30,488 nt of DNA from Bdellovibrionota bacterium (GCA_041739995.1 JBGSMV010000011.1:1-30488), one strand, 5' to 3'; shown: positions 12,831 through 21,999, counted from the stretch's first letter. Translations and numbers: made by a program. Notes: generated by a model from the sequence alone, not told the origin.

Positions 12831-13412
12831 TTAGCGCTTTGCAGCATCTGGTCCGTTCATGATTTCGCCAAGAATCAATCTTATAGTCTCATCATCTGGA
12901 GCTGTTCTACTGCTCTCGTCATCGGATTCCGCGCGAACGGTGGGAGCAACCTTCGGTTCTTGAGGCGACATAGATTTCTGCCCCCCCGAAGCCCAAGCAA
13001 CCACTCGCCCTTCCTTGAAGAAAATCTGACGTTCTGGATACTCCCAAACAGTTTCTCGTCGAGCTTCTCTTTCTTTTCTTTCAAGCGGAGCACCATAAAG
13101 CTTCAACACTTCATGGAAAGACATGCCATTACGGGGCTGACTTTCACGCCCAATATTCCCATAAGGACCTCCTGCCTGTCGCTCCAAGGACTGTTGCTGT
13201 TGCTCAACAACGGTTGAAGACACACCCGCGGACGGACTCGCTTGCTCAAATGGGTCGCTTCCGGATTCGGCGCGAGCGTACTTGCTAAATGCTTCAGCGG
13301 CACATAGCCAGAGCATCAAGACAAGCACACCTCGGGAGAGAAGAGCCCCTGACGTTGATGAATAGGGCCTCGCCCCTCTCGATTGCGTCTGGACCATGAG
13401 ATGCCTTCCCAT
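12831..13412 (-). CDS. Exported protein with a SmpA/BamE-like small domain
   Basis: Hydrophobic signal segment; GMSFHEVLKLYGAP...ETVWEY...IFFKEGRVV fits the GMs..eV...lG.P...W.Y...F.dG.V pattern. Confidence 0.7.
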   Translation of the reverse strand: MGRHLMVQTQSRGARPYSSTSGALLSRGVLVLMLWLCAAEAFSKYARAESGSDPFEQASPSAGVSSTVVEQQQQSLERQAGGPYGNIGRESQPRNGMSFHEVLKLYGAPLERKEREARRETVWEYPERQIFFKEGRVVAWASGGQKSMSPQEPKVAPTVRAESDDESSRTAPDDETIRLILGEIMNGPDAAKR

Positions 13413-13541
13413 AAATAGACTCTCTCGAATTTAACAATTCGCTAGAAAGCACACAGTTATTTTCTCAAAACCAGCGCACACTTCCAAATTGCCTCGAACC
13501 GGGTAAATCTTAACCGAGCCACATACAATCGCGCAAAGGCC

Positions 13542-13770
13542 GGAATGGGTCTGAATGGAGCAGTAACTCCATTCAGGATCCTCAAAAGAGCGTAATTTTA
13601 CTGCAGAGGCGGTCAAGTTTGCGCGAGAACTGCCTTCGTCAAACGGGTAGCCTCAGAGGCGCTCAAGACGGTAGTGGGTGCACAAACTTGCCCTCTCTAT
13701 TTTGTTTGCCGTAACTGCTCTTTTGAGGATGACGCCTCACGCCTACTCAGGCGATTAAGGCGCCCTCCCC
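13542..13770 (-). ncRNA. Candidate ~230-nt structured RNA (hairpin + bubbled rod + hairpin), family unknown
   Basis: Hairpin 13731-13764; rod 13578-13730 closed by the perfect 14-bp IR ATCCTCAAAAGAGC; perfect 10-bp hairpin 13551-13576; several G-U pairs form only on the minus strand. Confidence 0.55.
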
Positions 13771-13878
13771 TCTAAACTACGAAACTAAACTTTGGTAAGT
13801 GACGTAAGAAAGATTGCCGCCTAAGATTGCGAATTAACGAAAGAGGCCTGATATTTGAACTTTCACTACTCTGAAAGC

Positions 13879-15324
13879 ATGCTAAGGCGCTGTATTACTA
13901 ACATTCATCTCCCCGCATCCCGGCATTTTGACAAAGCGGGGCCGGTTCTTGCGGTTACGTTCGCTACAACCCTACCCTGGAGCCTCACGCTCTCCTACTT
14001 CTCATTGTACCCCCTGATTCTACTTTGGGTTTTTGCCCTGCAGGGACAGATTCGGGCTCGGCTGCGTGAGTCTCGCGAGCTAATGCTGCCGTTCGCCTTC
14101 CTCATGGCGATATTTTTGGTGGGAAGCCCCTTTGGTGTCGAGCCACTCAGAAGTCTGGAGGCCGTGCCAGCAACAATAGTTTCAGCAATCACTATTTTTG
14201 CGATTGCTGAAGTAGTGCGTCGTCAGGGGCCAGTTTATATTCTTACTGGACTTCTGGTTGGTCAGTCTATCGCCGCATTGCACAGCGTACTTCAAGCTGG
14301 GTTTCCTAGCACCATCATGCGTCTCTTCCTCGGCCCAGTAACTGAATCAGGACAACTCGCTATCGTCTCCATACTTGTACTTGGGGTAGGATTTTCATTT
14401 CGCGCCAACTCAATGAAGGTCTCCTCTGGGCAAGAACCCCCACGTCGATCCACCCTTCTGCCCTTGGGTTTATTACTAGCATTTTTGTTAAGTACGGTGT
14501 CGTGGATTGGGCTCGCCTATATTCCCTCCCACTATCCCAGCCTTGCGTGCTCTCTCACTTCCTGTGCACCAATGCTTTTGTTCGCTCTCTTTGCTGTAGT
14601 TATCGCTGCCTGCCTAGCGGCGACCTACTTCAAAGTTGACTTCCTCTTCCGTCTGCCGCCTGGCAGCCAGTTTCTTCGTGCGCTGTTTTTGGTATTCCTT
14701 CCGCTACTCATCGCCGCACTCGTCCTCAACCTTAAGCGCGGACCATGGATGGGAGTGTTCATCGGCGGTTCCATTCTGGTACTCATCTACCAATCTCGAC
14801 TCCTCATTCCACTATATGGAATGATGCTGCTTGGGTATTTGGGCCTCGAACCAGTACGTCAACGAATTGCTGAAATTCCCGATCACTTCTTCATCACTGG
14901 CGGCAGAAGCATGCTTTGGGATATCGGCGTAGACCTCTCCACGCGTTATCCACTAGGCGTCGGTCTAAAAAATAGCCGCTTCCTTCAGACCTTCTCCGAG
15001 GATATTCCGCACGAGATAAACCACTTTCACAACAACTTCATTAACATCACCGTCGAAGGTGGTTGGATAGCACTCTCGCTGTTCTTGTGGTGGATCGTGA
15101 GCATCGTGGCCTTCTCAATCAAACGCTCCACTTTTGGCACCTGGGCGCCCTTGGCCTTTTCCATTGGCTGCGCGGTGGTGTCTTGGCAAGTGGCCGGCCT
15201 GGTTGAATACAATTGGGGCGACAGTGAAGTCAGAATTCTAGTTTTTCTAATGGTGGGGGTGCTGCTGGGGCTCAGATCCTTTGTTGCCCGAGAGCAGACA
15301 GCCCAGGAATCTGCCGGAAAGTGA
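13879..15324 (+). CDS. O-antigen ligase (Wzy_C/WaaL-like) family membrane protein
   Basis: About 12 TM segments, KRGPWMG motif, GRSMLW, PLGVG, HFHNNFINITVEGG; start 13855 or 13879. Confidence 0.85.
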   Translation: MLRRCITNIHLPASRHFDKAGPVLAVTFATTLPWSLTLSYFSLYPLILLWVFALQGQIRARLRESRELMLPFAFLMAIFLVGSPFGVEPLRSLEAVPATIVSAITIFAIAEVVRRQGPVYILTGLLVGQSIAALHSVLQAGFPSTIMRLFLGPVTESGQLAIVSILVLGVGFSFRANSMKVSSGQEPPRRSTLLPLGLLLAFLLSTVSWIGLAYIPSHYPSLACSLTSCAPMLLFALFAVVIAACLAATYFKVDFLFRLPPGSQFLRALFLVFLPLLIAALVLNLKRGPWMGVFIGGSILVLIYQSRLLIPLYGMMLLGYLGLEPVRQRIAEIPDHFFITGGRSMLWDIGVDLSTRYPLGVGLKNSRFLQTFSEDIPHEINHFHNNFINITVEGGWIALSLFLWWIVSIVAFSIKRSTFGTWAPLAFSIGCAVVSWQVAGLVEYNWGDSEVRILVFLMVGVLLGLRSFVAREQTAQESAGK

Positions 15325-15350
15325 ACTGCAGCGGCGATGCGTGAGCGAAT

Positions 15351-15424
15351 TTTCACCACTGAGGACCCAGAGGTATACAGAGGTAGGATTTTAGTCCCAT
15401 CCTCTGTGTACCTCTATGGTGAAA
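15351..15424. repeat. REP-like palindrome built from 9-mer CACAGAGG-type units, between convergent genes
   Basis: tttcacca...cagaggtatacagagg pairs with cctctgtgtacctctatggtgaaa. Confidence 0.75.
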
Positions 15425-15499
15425 CGAGAACGGTGCAAAATTCAATCAGCAACAAAATCCCATGTGGGCTACCGAGAGTTCGCGCCGATTAAGCCGATC

Positions 15500-15554
15500 A
15501 CTATGCGGTAGTCCGACTACCGCCTCCGACTACCGCCTCCGACTACCGCATAGT
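15500..15554. repeat. 14-bp perfect inverted repeat overlapping three tandem 13-mers, across a stop codon
   Basis: actatgcggtagtc (15500-15513) / gactaccgcatagt (15541-15554); tccgactaccgc(c/a) x3 at 15512-15550. Confidence 0.9.
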
Positions 15555-16742
15555 CCGCTTCATCAGCGCGATATCTTCATTCATGCGAGCTCTAATCTGA
15601 GAAGCTTCGCGCCCCACTCGAGCTGCATCATTGACTGAAACTGCCCGCGCAAGTCGATCTTCAAGATCTTTAATGGAAGCACCTTCAGCAGAACGCGCTG
15701 GTTGCGGTTTAAATGAGATTTTCTGAGAACCCTGCCTATAACGCCTAAATGCCTGGTCACGCGCGGCAACCGATCCTCTGACTTGGTTTAGTTCGGTCTT
15801 CATTTTTCCACGTACGATCTCTATCGCACGCTCTCTCGCCTGCTGAAGCCCAGCGGTGCCCGCGGAAGTGCCCGTCGGGCTAGTTGATCGCATAGCCGCA
15901 CGCGCTTCAGAGCTACCGATGCCCGCCACTTGCGCAGGGGAATCCGTGAGCACGGCCTTGGTAACCATAGTTCTTGAAAGTTCAGCTCTCTTCAGCTCAG
16001 CTCCCCTCAGCTCTGCACTAGCTAGCTCCACCTCGGCCAGTTCAGCCTTGACCATCCCTGCGTCTAACATCACCGCACGAGCTTCTGCCTTCGCGCCCTC
16101 TAGCTCCTGACTTAAGCGAATGCCAACGGCTCGCGCCTCACCCAACTCAGTCCCCAGTGAGGCAAGCTGAATCTGCTGTTCCTCGAGGGTCTTCCGCAGT
16201 CCTCGCTCTATCTCGCTAGCTTCTCGTACTCGCTTCTCTGAGACTTGCCGCTCAACTTGTAGATCATCCTCCAATCCCTCCACCCTCGCTGAAAGCGCGG
16301 TGATTTGAGTTCGGTCAGCATCACAGGAAGTCGCCACGATTGGCTTCTCCTCCCCTAAGCTTCTCTCAATCACAGGCGAATCAGTCGCTCCAGAACTCTT
16401 CATCCTATCGATGGTCGCTTGCTTCTCTCTGACCTCATCTTCGAGACCCCGCACCTGAACTTGCAGGGTTTCCGCAGTAACCTCCAACTCGGCTATGTAA
16501 TCTACTAGTTGATTGCCTTCGGGATCAGTTCTGAAAGCTCTGCCGTCAGCAAGCCGTCCGCGATCATCTTCTGATGAATCATCGGCTAGCGCAGCCATTG
16601 GGAAAAACAGGCTTGCGCTGAGCAGTGCGGTGGCCACTACTGCGAAAAGCGCCGTACCTGAACAGAAATTTACGAAGAGATCGCTCCGGGAGAAATTTCG
16701 GCTATTCATATGAAAAGCGAGAAATCCAAATGGCCGTACCAC
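15543..16742 (-). CDS. Exported coiled-coil protein (start 16742 or 16709)
   Basis: Signal-peptide-like hydrophobic stretch ending in ALA; long heptad-rich E/R/L/A segments; internal AEL pentad repeat. Confidence 0.75.
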   Translation of the reverse strand: MVRPFGFLAFHMNSRNFSRSDLFVNFCSGTALFAVVATALLSASLFFPMAALADDSSEDDRGRLADGRAFRTDPEGNQLVDYIAELEVTAETLQVQVRGLEDEVREKQATIDRMKSSGATDSPVIERSLGEEKPIVATSCDADRTQITALSARVEGLEDDLQVERQVSEKRVREASEIERGLRKTLEEQQIQLASLGTELGEARAVGIRLSQELEGAKAEARAVMLDAGMVKAELAEVELASAELRGAELKRAELSRTMVTKAVLTDSPAQVAGIGSSEARAAMRSTSPTGTSAGTAGLQQARERAIEIVRGKMKTELNQVRGSVAARDQAFRRYRQGSQKISFKPQPARSAEGASIKDLEDRLARAVSVNDAARVGREASQIRARMNEDIALMKRTMR

Positions 16743-16778
16743 CTAGCGCTACGGCGAATTATTATCACTGTGTTTGGG

Positions 16779-17771
16779 TCACTGTGCTTCTAGAAGTACC
16801 GAACCCCAGCTTAATCCGGCTCCGACAACAGCCACAACAATTTTTTGTCCCACTTTAATAGTTTCCCAATGCTCAGAAATTACCGCTGGAGCACCCGCTC
16901 CGGCCTGGTTACCGACCGTTCGCACATTCTGCCAATGATTATCAGGGCCGATTTCTCGATTATTGCAGATCTGATCGAGCATGGTGGCGTTGGCCTGGTG
17001 GCCAATGAATACATCCTTGGACCAATCAAGCGAATATCGGGTTTCTAATTCTTTAAGGAGCCGCACCGTCTGGCGAACAGAGAAATCCCGAACTGCTCGA
17101 CCGTCCTGGTGAAAGAACTTGTGTCTGTCCACTACCACCGCATCGCATCGGGTGGGGTCCGCCATAAATGAGGAAGCTACGACCTTCAAACGCCCCGGGT
17201 GACGAGCTGATAAGACCCAAGCTGCTGCTCCATCTCCCCAAATCGCGCCATCAGTTCGGTCATTATAATCAACGCATTGGGTAAGAGTGTTCGTACACAC
17301 ACAAAGAACGTATTCGGGAAGCGCCTCGGGTTCGAAATTCGCTAGGTAACGAATGTGCAACGCAAAAGCAGGACAGGCTGTGAATACGTCATATGAGACG
17401 GCATTTGCTCCCAAGGCCTTTGCAATTCGACTACTTTCTGAAGGGTATATCTGTAGCGGAGTACAGCAATCACACAGAATGAGTCCCACTTGAGATGCCT
17501 CAATGCCAGCGCGCTTAAGCGCCATTCTGGCAGCTTTAACGCCCATATCCGTGGGGGTTTCGAGTGCCGCCTCACTTGCGCGACGAGGATCTTGGTTACG
17601 AGTCTCACGGATATATTCGAGGGGAAGAGAACTTAGCCGGGTCTCAATACCTATCTTCTCGATGATCCACTCAGCAGTGGTACCCACGTTCAACGACTCG
17701 ATAAACTTGTTATCAATCACCTCAGAGGGGTGATAGTGGCCAATTCCTAGGATTTGAAGATCTGGACTCAT
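16779..17771 (-). CDS. fabH: 3-oxoacyl-ACP synthase III (FabH/KAS III family), catalytic triad intact
   Basis: YDVFTAC (C133), WGDGAAA, IGHQAN (H258), VGNQAGA (N288), VGAGLSWG. Confidence 0.88.
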   Translation of the reverse strand: MSPDLQILGIGHYHPSEVIDNKFIESLNVGTTAEWIIEKIGIETRLSSLPLEYIRETRNQDPRRASEAALETPTDMGVKAARMALKRAGIEASQVGLILCDCCTPLQIYPSESSRIAKALGANAVSYDVFTACPAFALHIRYLANFEPEALPEYVLCVCTNTLTQCVDYNDRTDGAIWGDGAAAWVLSARHPGRLKVVASSFMADPTRCDAVVVDRHKFFHQDGRAVRDFSVRQTVRLLKELETRYSLDWSKDVFIGHQANATMLDQICNNREIGPDNHWQNVRTVGNQAGAGAPAVISEHWETIKVGQKIVVAVVGAGLSWGSVLLEAQ

Positions 17772-17774
17772 GGA

Positions 17775-18761
17775 TTATCTTCGCCCCTCATGATTGGCCC
17801 CGCCAAGCACTGCATACCCGTGGCTTATTCCTGAGCCACACACTGCCACCACAATCTGCTTGGGCTCAATTAACTCTTCCCACCGATCGGCGAGCACTCT
17901 CCCGACGGAAGACCCCAGCGAGTCTCCTTGAGTGGTCAACTGCTCGAACCAGCGCTCACGGGCGTTAATTTGAAATGAATTTGCGATGGAGTTGAGCACT
18001 CTGCCGCTGGCCGATGCGCACACGAAGCGATATCCGCCTTCCCGCACAAGACCTTGGCCAGTCACTTCAGCAAGCGATCGATCGATGTAGGCCGCGAAAT
18101 GTTCGTCGAGCGCCGTCGCATCTAGAGTAAGCCCGCCAAAGGTATCAATCGAAATGTAATTTCGCCCGCGGCTATCGGGGAATACCGCTGATGCGACCAA
18201 TGAGAGCCGCCCCTGATGCTGTTTAGACACCACCATGGCCGCCGCTGCATCACAAAACCGAATCGGAAGCTTTCGAAACTGATCCACGGAAATGTTTTCG
18301 GTTGGGGTGTTGGTCGAAAGTAATAGAACGTATTCAGGGACACTCTCGGCGCGCCACTGTGAGAGCGTATGCAAATGCTGCACAAAGGCAGTCGTACCGC
18401 AGGTGACGTCGTACGCCGGAATTTTTAACCCAAACCGCTTTCCCACTCGCTGTGCCTCAGACGGGGTTTTCTCGCGAGGAGTCAGGCAATCGCCAATAAT
18501 GAGGCCTAGTTGCTCGGGCTTAACTCCAGCCCGTTCAAGAGCTTGCTCAACCGCTCGAACTGCGAGGTCAGTGGGAGACTCAAGCGCCACGGTGGGCGCA
18601 ATCAGCGGGTCGATGTTCCCTGTGCTCTGCAGGTACTCAGCAGGAAGTACGGTCCTTGGCAAAAACTGAGCATTAGATGCGCCTGAAGAAGCCGCAGAAC
18701 TCTCAAGGTACAGTCCCGAAGGGTAGGCACTTCCCATGCCTAAGATCGATAATCTGGCCAT
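17775..18761 (-). CDS. KAS III-like paralog lacking catalytic residues
   Basis: Colinear with the adjacent KAS III (ALESPTD, GLIIGDCLTP, PSEAQR, PEYVL, CGSGISHG), but the Cys/His/Asn positions read T/A/D; RBS GGGGA before ATG 18761. Confidence 0.82.
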   Translation of the reverse strand: MARLSILGMGSAYPSGLYLESSAASSGASNAQFLPRTVLPAEYLQSTGNIDPLIAPTVALESPTDLAVRAVEQALERAGVKPEQLGLIIGDCLTPREKTPSEAQRVGKRFGLKIPAYDVTCGTTAFVQHLHTLSQWRAESVPEYVLLLSTNTPTENISVDQFRKLPIRFCDAAAAMVVSKQHQGRLSLVASAVFPDSRGRNYISIDTFGGLTLDATALDEHFAAYIDRSLAEVTGQGLVREGGYRFVCASASGRVLNSIANSFQINARERWFEQLTTQGDSLGSSVGRVLADRWEELIEPKQIVVAVCGSGISHGYAVLGGANHEGRR

Positions 18762-18927
18762 GTTTCCCCAAATAATGAGCACTTAAGGGTACCCGTTCTG
18801 TCAAGCTTGAGCAAAGCACCTTCCCGATGGGATGCTTGGCAGAACCTGAGTTCTACACCCATAGGATAATCAAAAAAATCGCATGGTTGGCCTTCCGCTG
18901 CGACGGCTATTCGACCAAACTGGCGAC

Positions 18928-19839
18928 ATGCGGGTCTATTTCTCATGGAAAATCAGCGTCACGTGTGCAGTGCTGGCGCTTCTAATGGCACGCGCCTCTC
19001 TCTGGCAGTTCGGGCGTTATCACGAGAAGCAGGACTACATCCGCGAAATCGAAGAGAGGCTTATCCAGCCCCCAACCCCCCTTACCGATCTCCTTCCTCC
19101 CATCGCTCCAAGCTCTGAAGATGCCACTTGGGATTCGCTCTCCTATCGACAGGTCACTGTCACTGGCACTTTCGATTTTGAGCACGAGGTGGTGCTAAGA
19201 AACCGCCGACTGGAAGAACAGTCAGGAGTCTTCGTACTCACCCCTTTGAAGCTTGCGAACACCGAGCCCCCTACCTACCTACTGGTGAGTCGTGGCTTTA
19301 TTCCTCTGGCTAAAGCAGAGCGCTCACTGAGGTCAGAATTTTATGGAGAGCCAGAGAGAAGTTTCAGCGCACTGGTGAAGACTTCTGTGCAACCAAAATT
19401 TCTTGCGCCACAAGATTCTTCCAGCGGACCGGGCTTACCTTGGGTCGATCAGTGGTTACGCGTAGACATTCCCGCAATAGCAGCTCAGCTACCTTACCCA
19501 CTGCTGCCAATCTATCTGGAACTTATGGACGCTCCGTTGACTGCAGACTCCGAGACGTCCCTGGAGACCCTCGTGAAAGACAACATCTTGGAATCAAAGG
19601 CAGGCCGAGAAGAAATGTTTTTTCTCGGGGCAGCAAAGCCACTGAGCGGGGTTTCTGATATCCCCTCGCTGGCCTATCCCGTCCCGGTCTATGACACAGT
19701 CATTCCGCCTGGACGCCATTTTGGATATATTTTTGAATGGTTGTTCCTTTCGCTGCTCACTCTCGGCATCGGACTTATTTTGCAGCTACGCCCACCGCGT
19801 CGCTCTAATACTGGAGTGCCTCAGACCCCCCGATTATAG
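18928..19839 (+). CDS. SURF1-family cytochrome oxidase assembly protein
   Basis: N-terminal TM + LWQFGR..EK, YRQVTVTGTF, GVFVLTPL, LLVSRGFIP, HFGYIFEW + C-terminal TM. Confidence 0.9.
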   Translation: MRVYFSWKISVTCAVLALLMARASLWQFGRYHEKQDYIREIEERLIQPPTPLTDLLPPIAPSSEDATWDSLSYRQVTVTGTFDFEHEVVLRNRRLEEQSGVFVLTPLKLANTEPPTYLLVSRGFIPLAKAERSLRSEFYGEPERSFSALVKTSVQPKFLAPQDSSSGPGLPWVDQWLRVDIPAIAAQLPYPLLPIYLELMDAPLTADSETSLETLVKDNILESKAGREEMFFLGAAKPLSGVSDIPSLAYPVPVYDTVIPPGRHFGYIFEWLFLSLLTLGIGLILQLRPPRRSNTGVPQTPRL

Positions 19840-20257
19840 GGGTAAGGTCGCCAAGCTTTCGAATCGATACAATTCGGTCGATCGGTGTCGGCGCCCATTG
19901 GGATTCCAATACAAACTCTACCGTGTCGTTAACTTCGTACCCTTGTAAGGAGACTCCCTCGCCGAGCCAAAACGGCATGGTCATGGCATGCATGCCGACC
20001 ACCCTACCGTCCCTATCCCTATACGCTGGAATCGGTTCGTGACGGATGAAAACTTCTCCGCTTGGAGTTGTAGGAAGCTGTCGAATTTTTCCTCTGACCG
20101 TATAGCGCTGGACCTGCTGTTCGACTCCGATCTCCTGAGATAGATCTGGAGCTCCTGAGAGGGTGTCACTGAAAGCCTCACTGGCTCGGCCGCAGACAGC
20201 TCCAAACAGAAACAGCACAATGAAAACCTGTTTTAATCTAAATGTGAACATCATCAC
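19805..20257 (-). CDS. CusF-like periplasmic Cu(I)/Ag(I)-binding protein
   Basis: Signal peptide; VRGKI...IRHEPIP...GMHAMTMPF...NDTVEF (His + 2 Met ligands); RBS AAAGGAGA. Confidence 0.85.
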   Translation of the reverse strand: MMMFTFRLKQVFIVLFLFGAVCGRASEAFSDTLSGAPDLSQEIGVEQQVQRYTVRGKIRQLPTTPSGEVFIRHEPIPAYRDRDGRVVGMHAMTMPFWLGEGVSLQGYEVNDTVEFVLESQWAPTPIDRIVSIRKLGDLTPIIGGSEALQY

Positions 20258-20291
20258 TCTCCTTTAAATACTTGGCCTGGCAATAAATTCA

Positions 20292-20969
20292 TTAGGGAGA
20301 CAGCCGCTCACGCTTCCAGTCGCTGTTTCCGCTGCGAGTGTAGCATAGCCGGTCATGCAGTCGATTCTCACGTCCCTGCCAGAACTCAACCCGCCGTGGA
20401 TTAAGGGCGAACCCTCCCCAGTACTCAGGACAGGGCACTTCTTCTCCCTGATGCGCTTTTGAGACTTTCTCAAAATGCTGGTCAAGCTCAGCACGCGACT
20501 CCACCACTTTGCTCTGGTCAGAAGCAACTGCCGCCAGCTGACTCTCTCTCGGTCTGGTTCGAAAGTACTGCTCACTCTTCTCGCGGGTAATCTTTTTTAC
20601 TACTCCCTCGATTCGCACCTGCCGTTCAAGCTCGGCCCACAAAAACACGCCTGCGACCGCTGGATTATGCGCAATTTCGACAGACTTTCTGCTGTTATAA
20701 TTAGTGTAAAATATGAGCTTACCCGCATGCACTTCCTTTAGAAGTACCGCACGAGCAGAAGGCGCTCCGTCTGCGTTGACGGTCGAAAGAATCATCGCAT
20801 TCGGCTCCTCGAGTTTGGCAGCAACCGCTTCATCCAACCAACGCTCCAGCTGCCGCATCGGATCAAGCTCGCAGCCTGTTTCTAAGAGTTCGGCCTCGGC
20901 ATACTCCTTGCGCAGTGCGCGAAGTTTGGCGGCACTTACTGAGTCTTCGGAAGCTTCACGATTCACCAT
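20292..20969 (-). CDS. pdxH: Pyridoxine/pyridoxamine 5'-phosphate oxidase
   Basis: LRKEY, EPNAM, ARAVLLK, FYTNYNSRK, RQVRIEG, RPRESQ, EFWQGRENRLHDR. Confidence 0.97.
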   Translation of the reverse strand: MVNREASEDSVSAAKLRALRKEYAEAELLETGCELDPMRQLERWLDEAVAAKLEEPNAMILSTVNADGAPSARAVLLKEVHAGKLIFYTNYNSRKSVEIAHNPAVAGVFLWAELERQVRIEGVVKKITREKSEQYFRTRPRESQLAAVASDQSKVVESRAELDQHFEKVSKAHQGEEVPCPEYWGGFALNPRRVEFWQGRENRLHDRLCYTRSGNSDWKRERLSP

Positions 20970-20991
20970 CGATCGTCTGATTCCTTAGAAA

Positions 20992-21999
20992 CTAAACAGC
21001 CGCAGCGCTTGCTGACACCTTGGGGCGGCGAAGCGAGATAATTAAAAGAATTCCAGCCAGCAATACTGTGATCACCGAGGCAATATATATTAACCCCATA
21101 GAGGCACGCAGACTTCCTGGTAGGCGCACGAGCCATAGCTCACTACTGCCGGTCTTGCCCAACGAAAACTCCTCCCCCGAAATAATCGCGAGCGTCTTGG
21201 CGTCAGAAAAAATCGCGATTCCACCAGGGAGCGCGGTAAAGCCTATACGTCCAAGATCTACCAACGGCCGACCCTTCAGCTCAGCGACTGTGCTCTTTGA
21301 AGATGACGCACTTGATTCTGGGCTTTCGGTCGATGGCAGCTGCAGCAGTGTTATGTATTGCTGAGGAGGCTCGGACGGCATGACTCGTCGCTCAATCGTG
21401 AGAAACTCCTTTTCCCCCAGAGCAGCCAGCCCGATCAACCCAACATGCGTGGGGCTCACATCATCTCCACCCTGCGGTGAAGCAAATCCATCCTCAGAGA
21501 GCGAGCGACCAGAAAGATAACGATAGGTCGACCCCCTTGTTTCAAGGAGTGCTACCGTTCTCTTAAACTCTTCCGGATTCTCTCCCACGGGGGAAATCAC
21601 TGGAAGAAACCTACCCACGCCATCCTCAGGAGAGAGCGAGTTCACCTCGACAAGTCGTGCCTCATGCGTAGTGATGGCGTAGCGCGCAGTAAGCCCGAGT
21701 CTCTCGCTAGTCACGCCCTCAGGCACGACCGCTTCAAAATCCACATCGAGCAAAAAATCATCGTGACCGGACGAAACTTCATCAACAGCTCTTAGAGCGG
21801 AAACCTTCCAGAGTCCGGTGACTTCACTAAGGGGGCGCTCTTCCAGAAGAGTGGGAAGAGAGATGCGGTAGACCTTAAGGTCCTGATCCCGAATCGGCCC
21901 CTGCCATGCCACGAGCGTTACCAGCAGCAGGCAGGACAAGAGAATAAGGCGGAAAATTTGAGAATATCTACTGGGGGTTTTCATGTCGCATGATTCCAT
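20992..21999 (-). CDS. Hypothetical membrane protein (N- and C-terminal TM helices, periplasmic domain)
   Basis: 335 aa with hydrophobic segments at both ends. Confidence 0.7.
   Translation of the reverse strand: MESCDMKTPSRYSQIFRLILLSCLLLVTLVAWQGPIRDQDLKVYRISLPTLLEERPLSEVTGLWKVSALRAVDEVSSGHDDFLLDVDFEAVVPEGVTSERLGLTARYAITTHEARLVEVNSLSPEDGVGRFLPVISPVGENPEEFKRTVALLETRGSTYRYLSGRSLSEDGFASPQGGDDVSPTHVGLIGLAALGEKEFLTIERRVMPSEPPQQYITLLQLPSTESPESSASSSKSTVAELKGRPLVDLGRIGFTALPGGIAIFSDAKTLAIISGEEFSLGKTGSSELWLVRLPGSLRASMGLIYIASVITVLLAGILLIISLRRPKVSASAAAV

Noticed and set aside
13542..13770. SRP RNA, tmRNA, RNase P RNA or tRNA identity for the structured element
   Set aside because: Lacks the SRP helix-8 motif, tRNA-like ends and RNase P conserved regions
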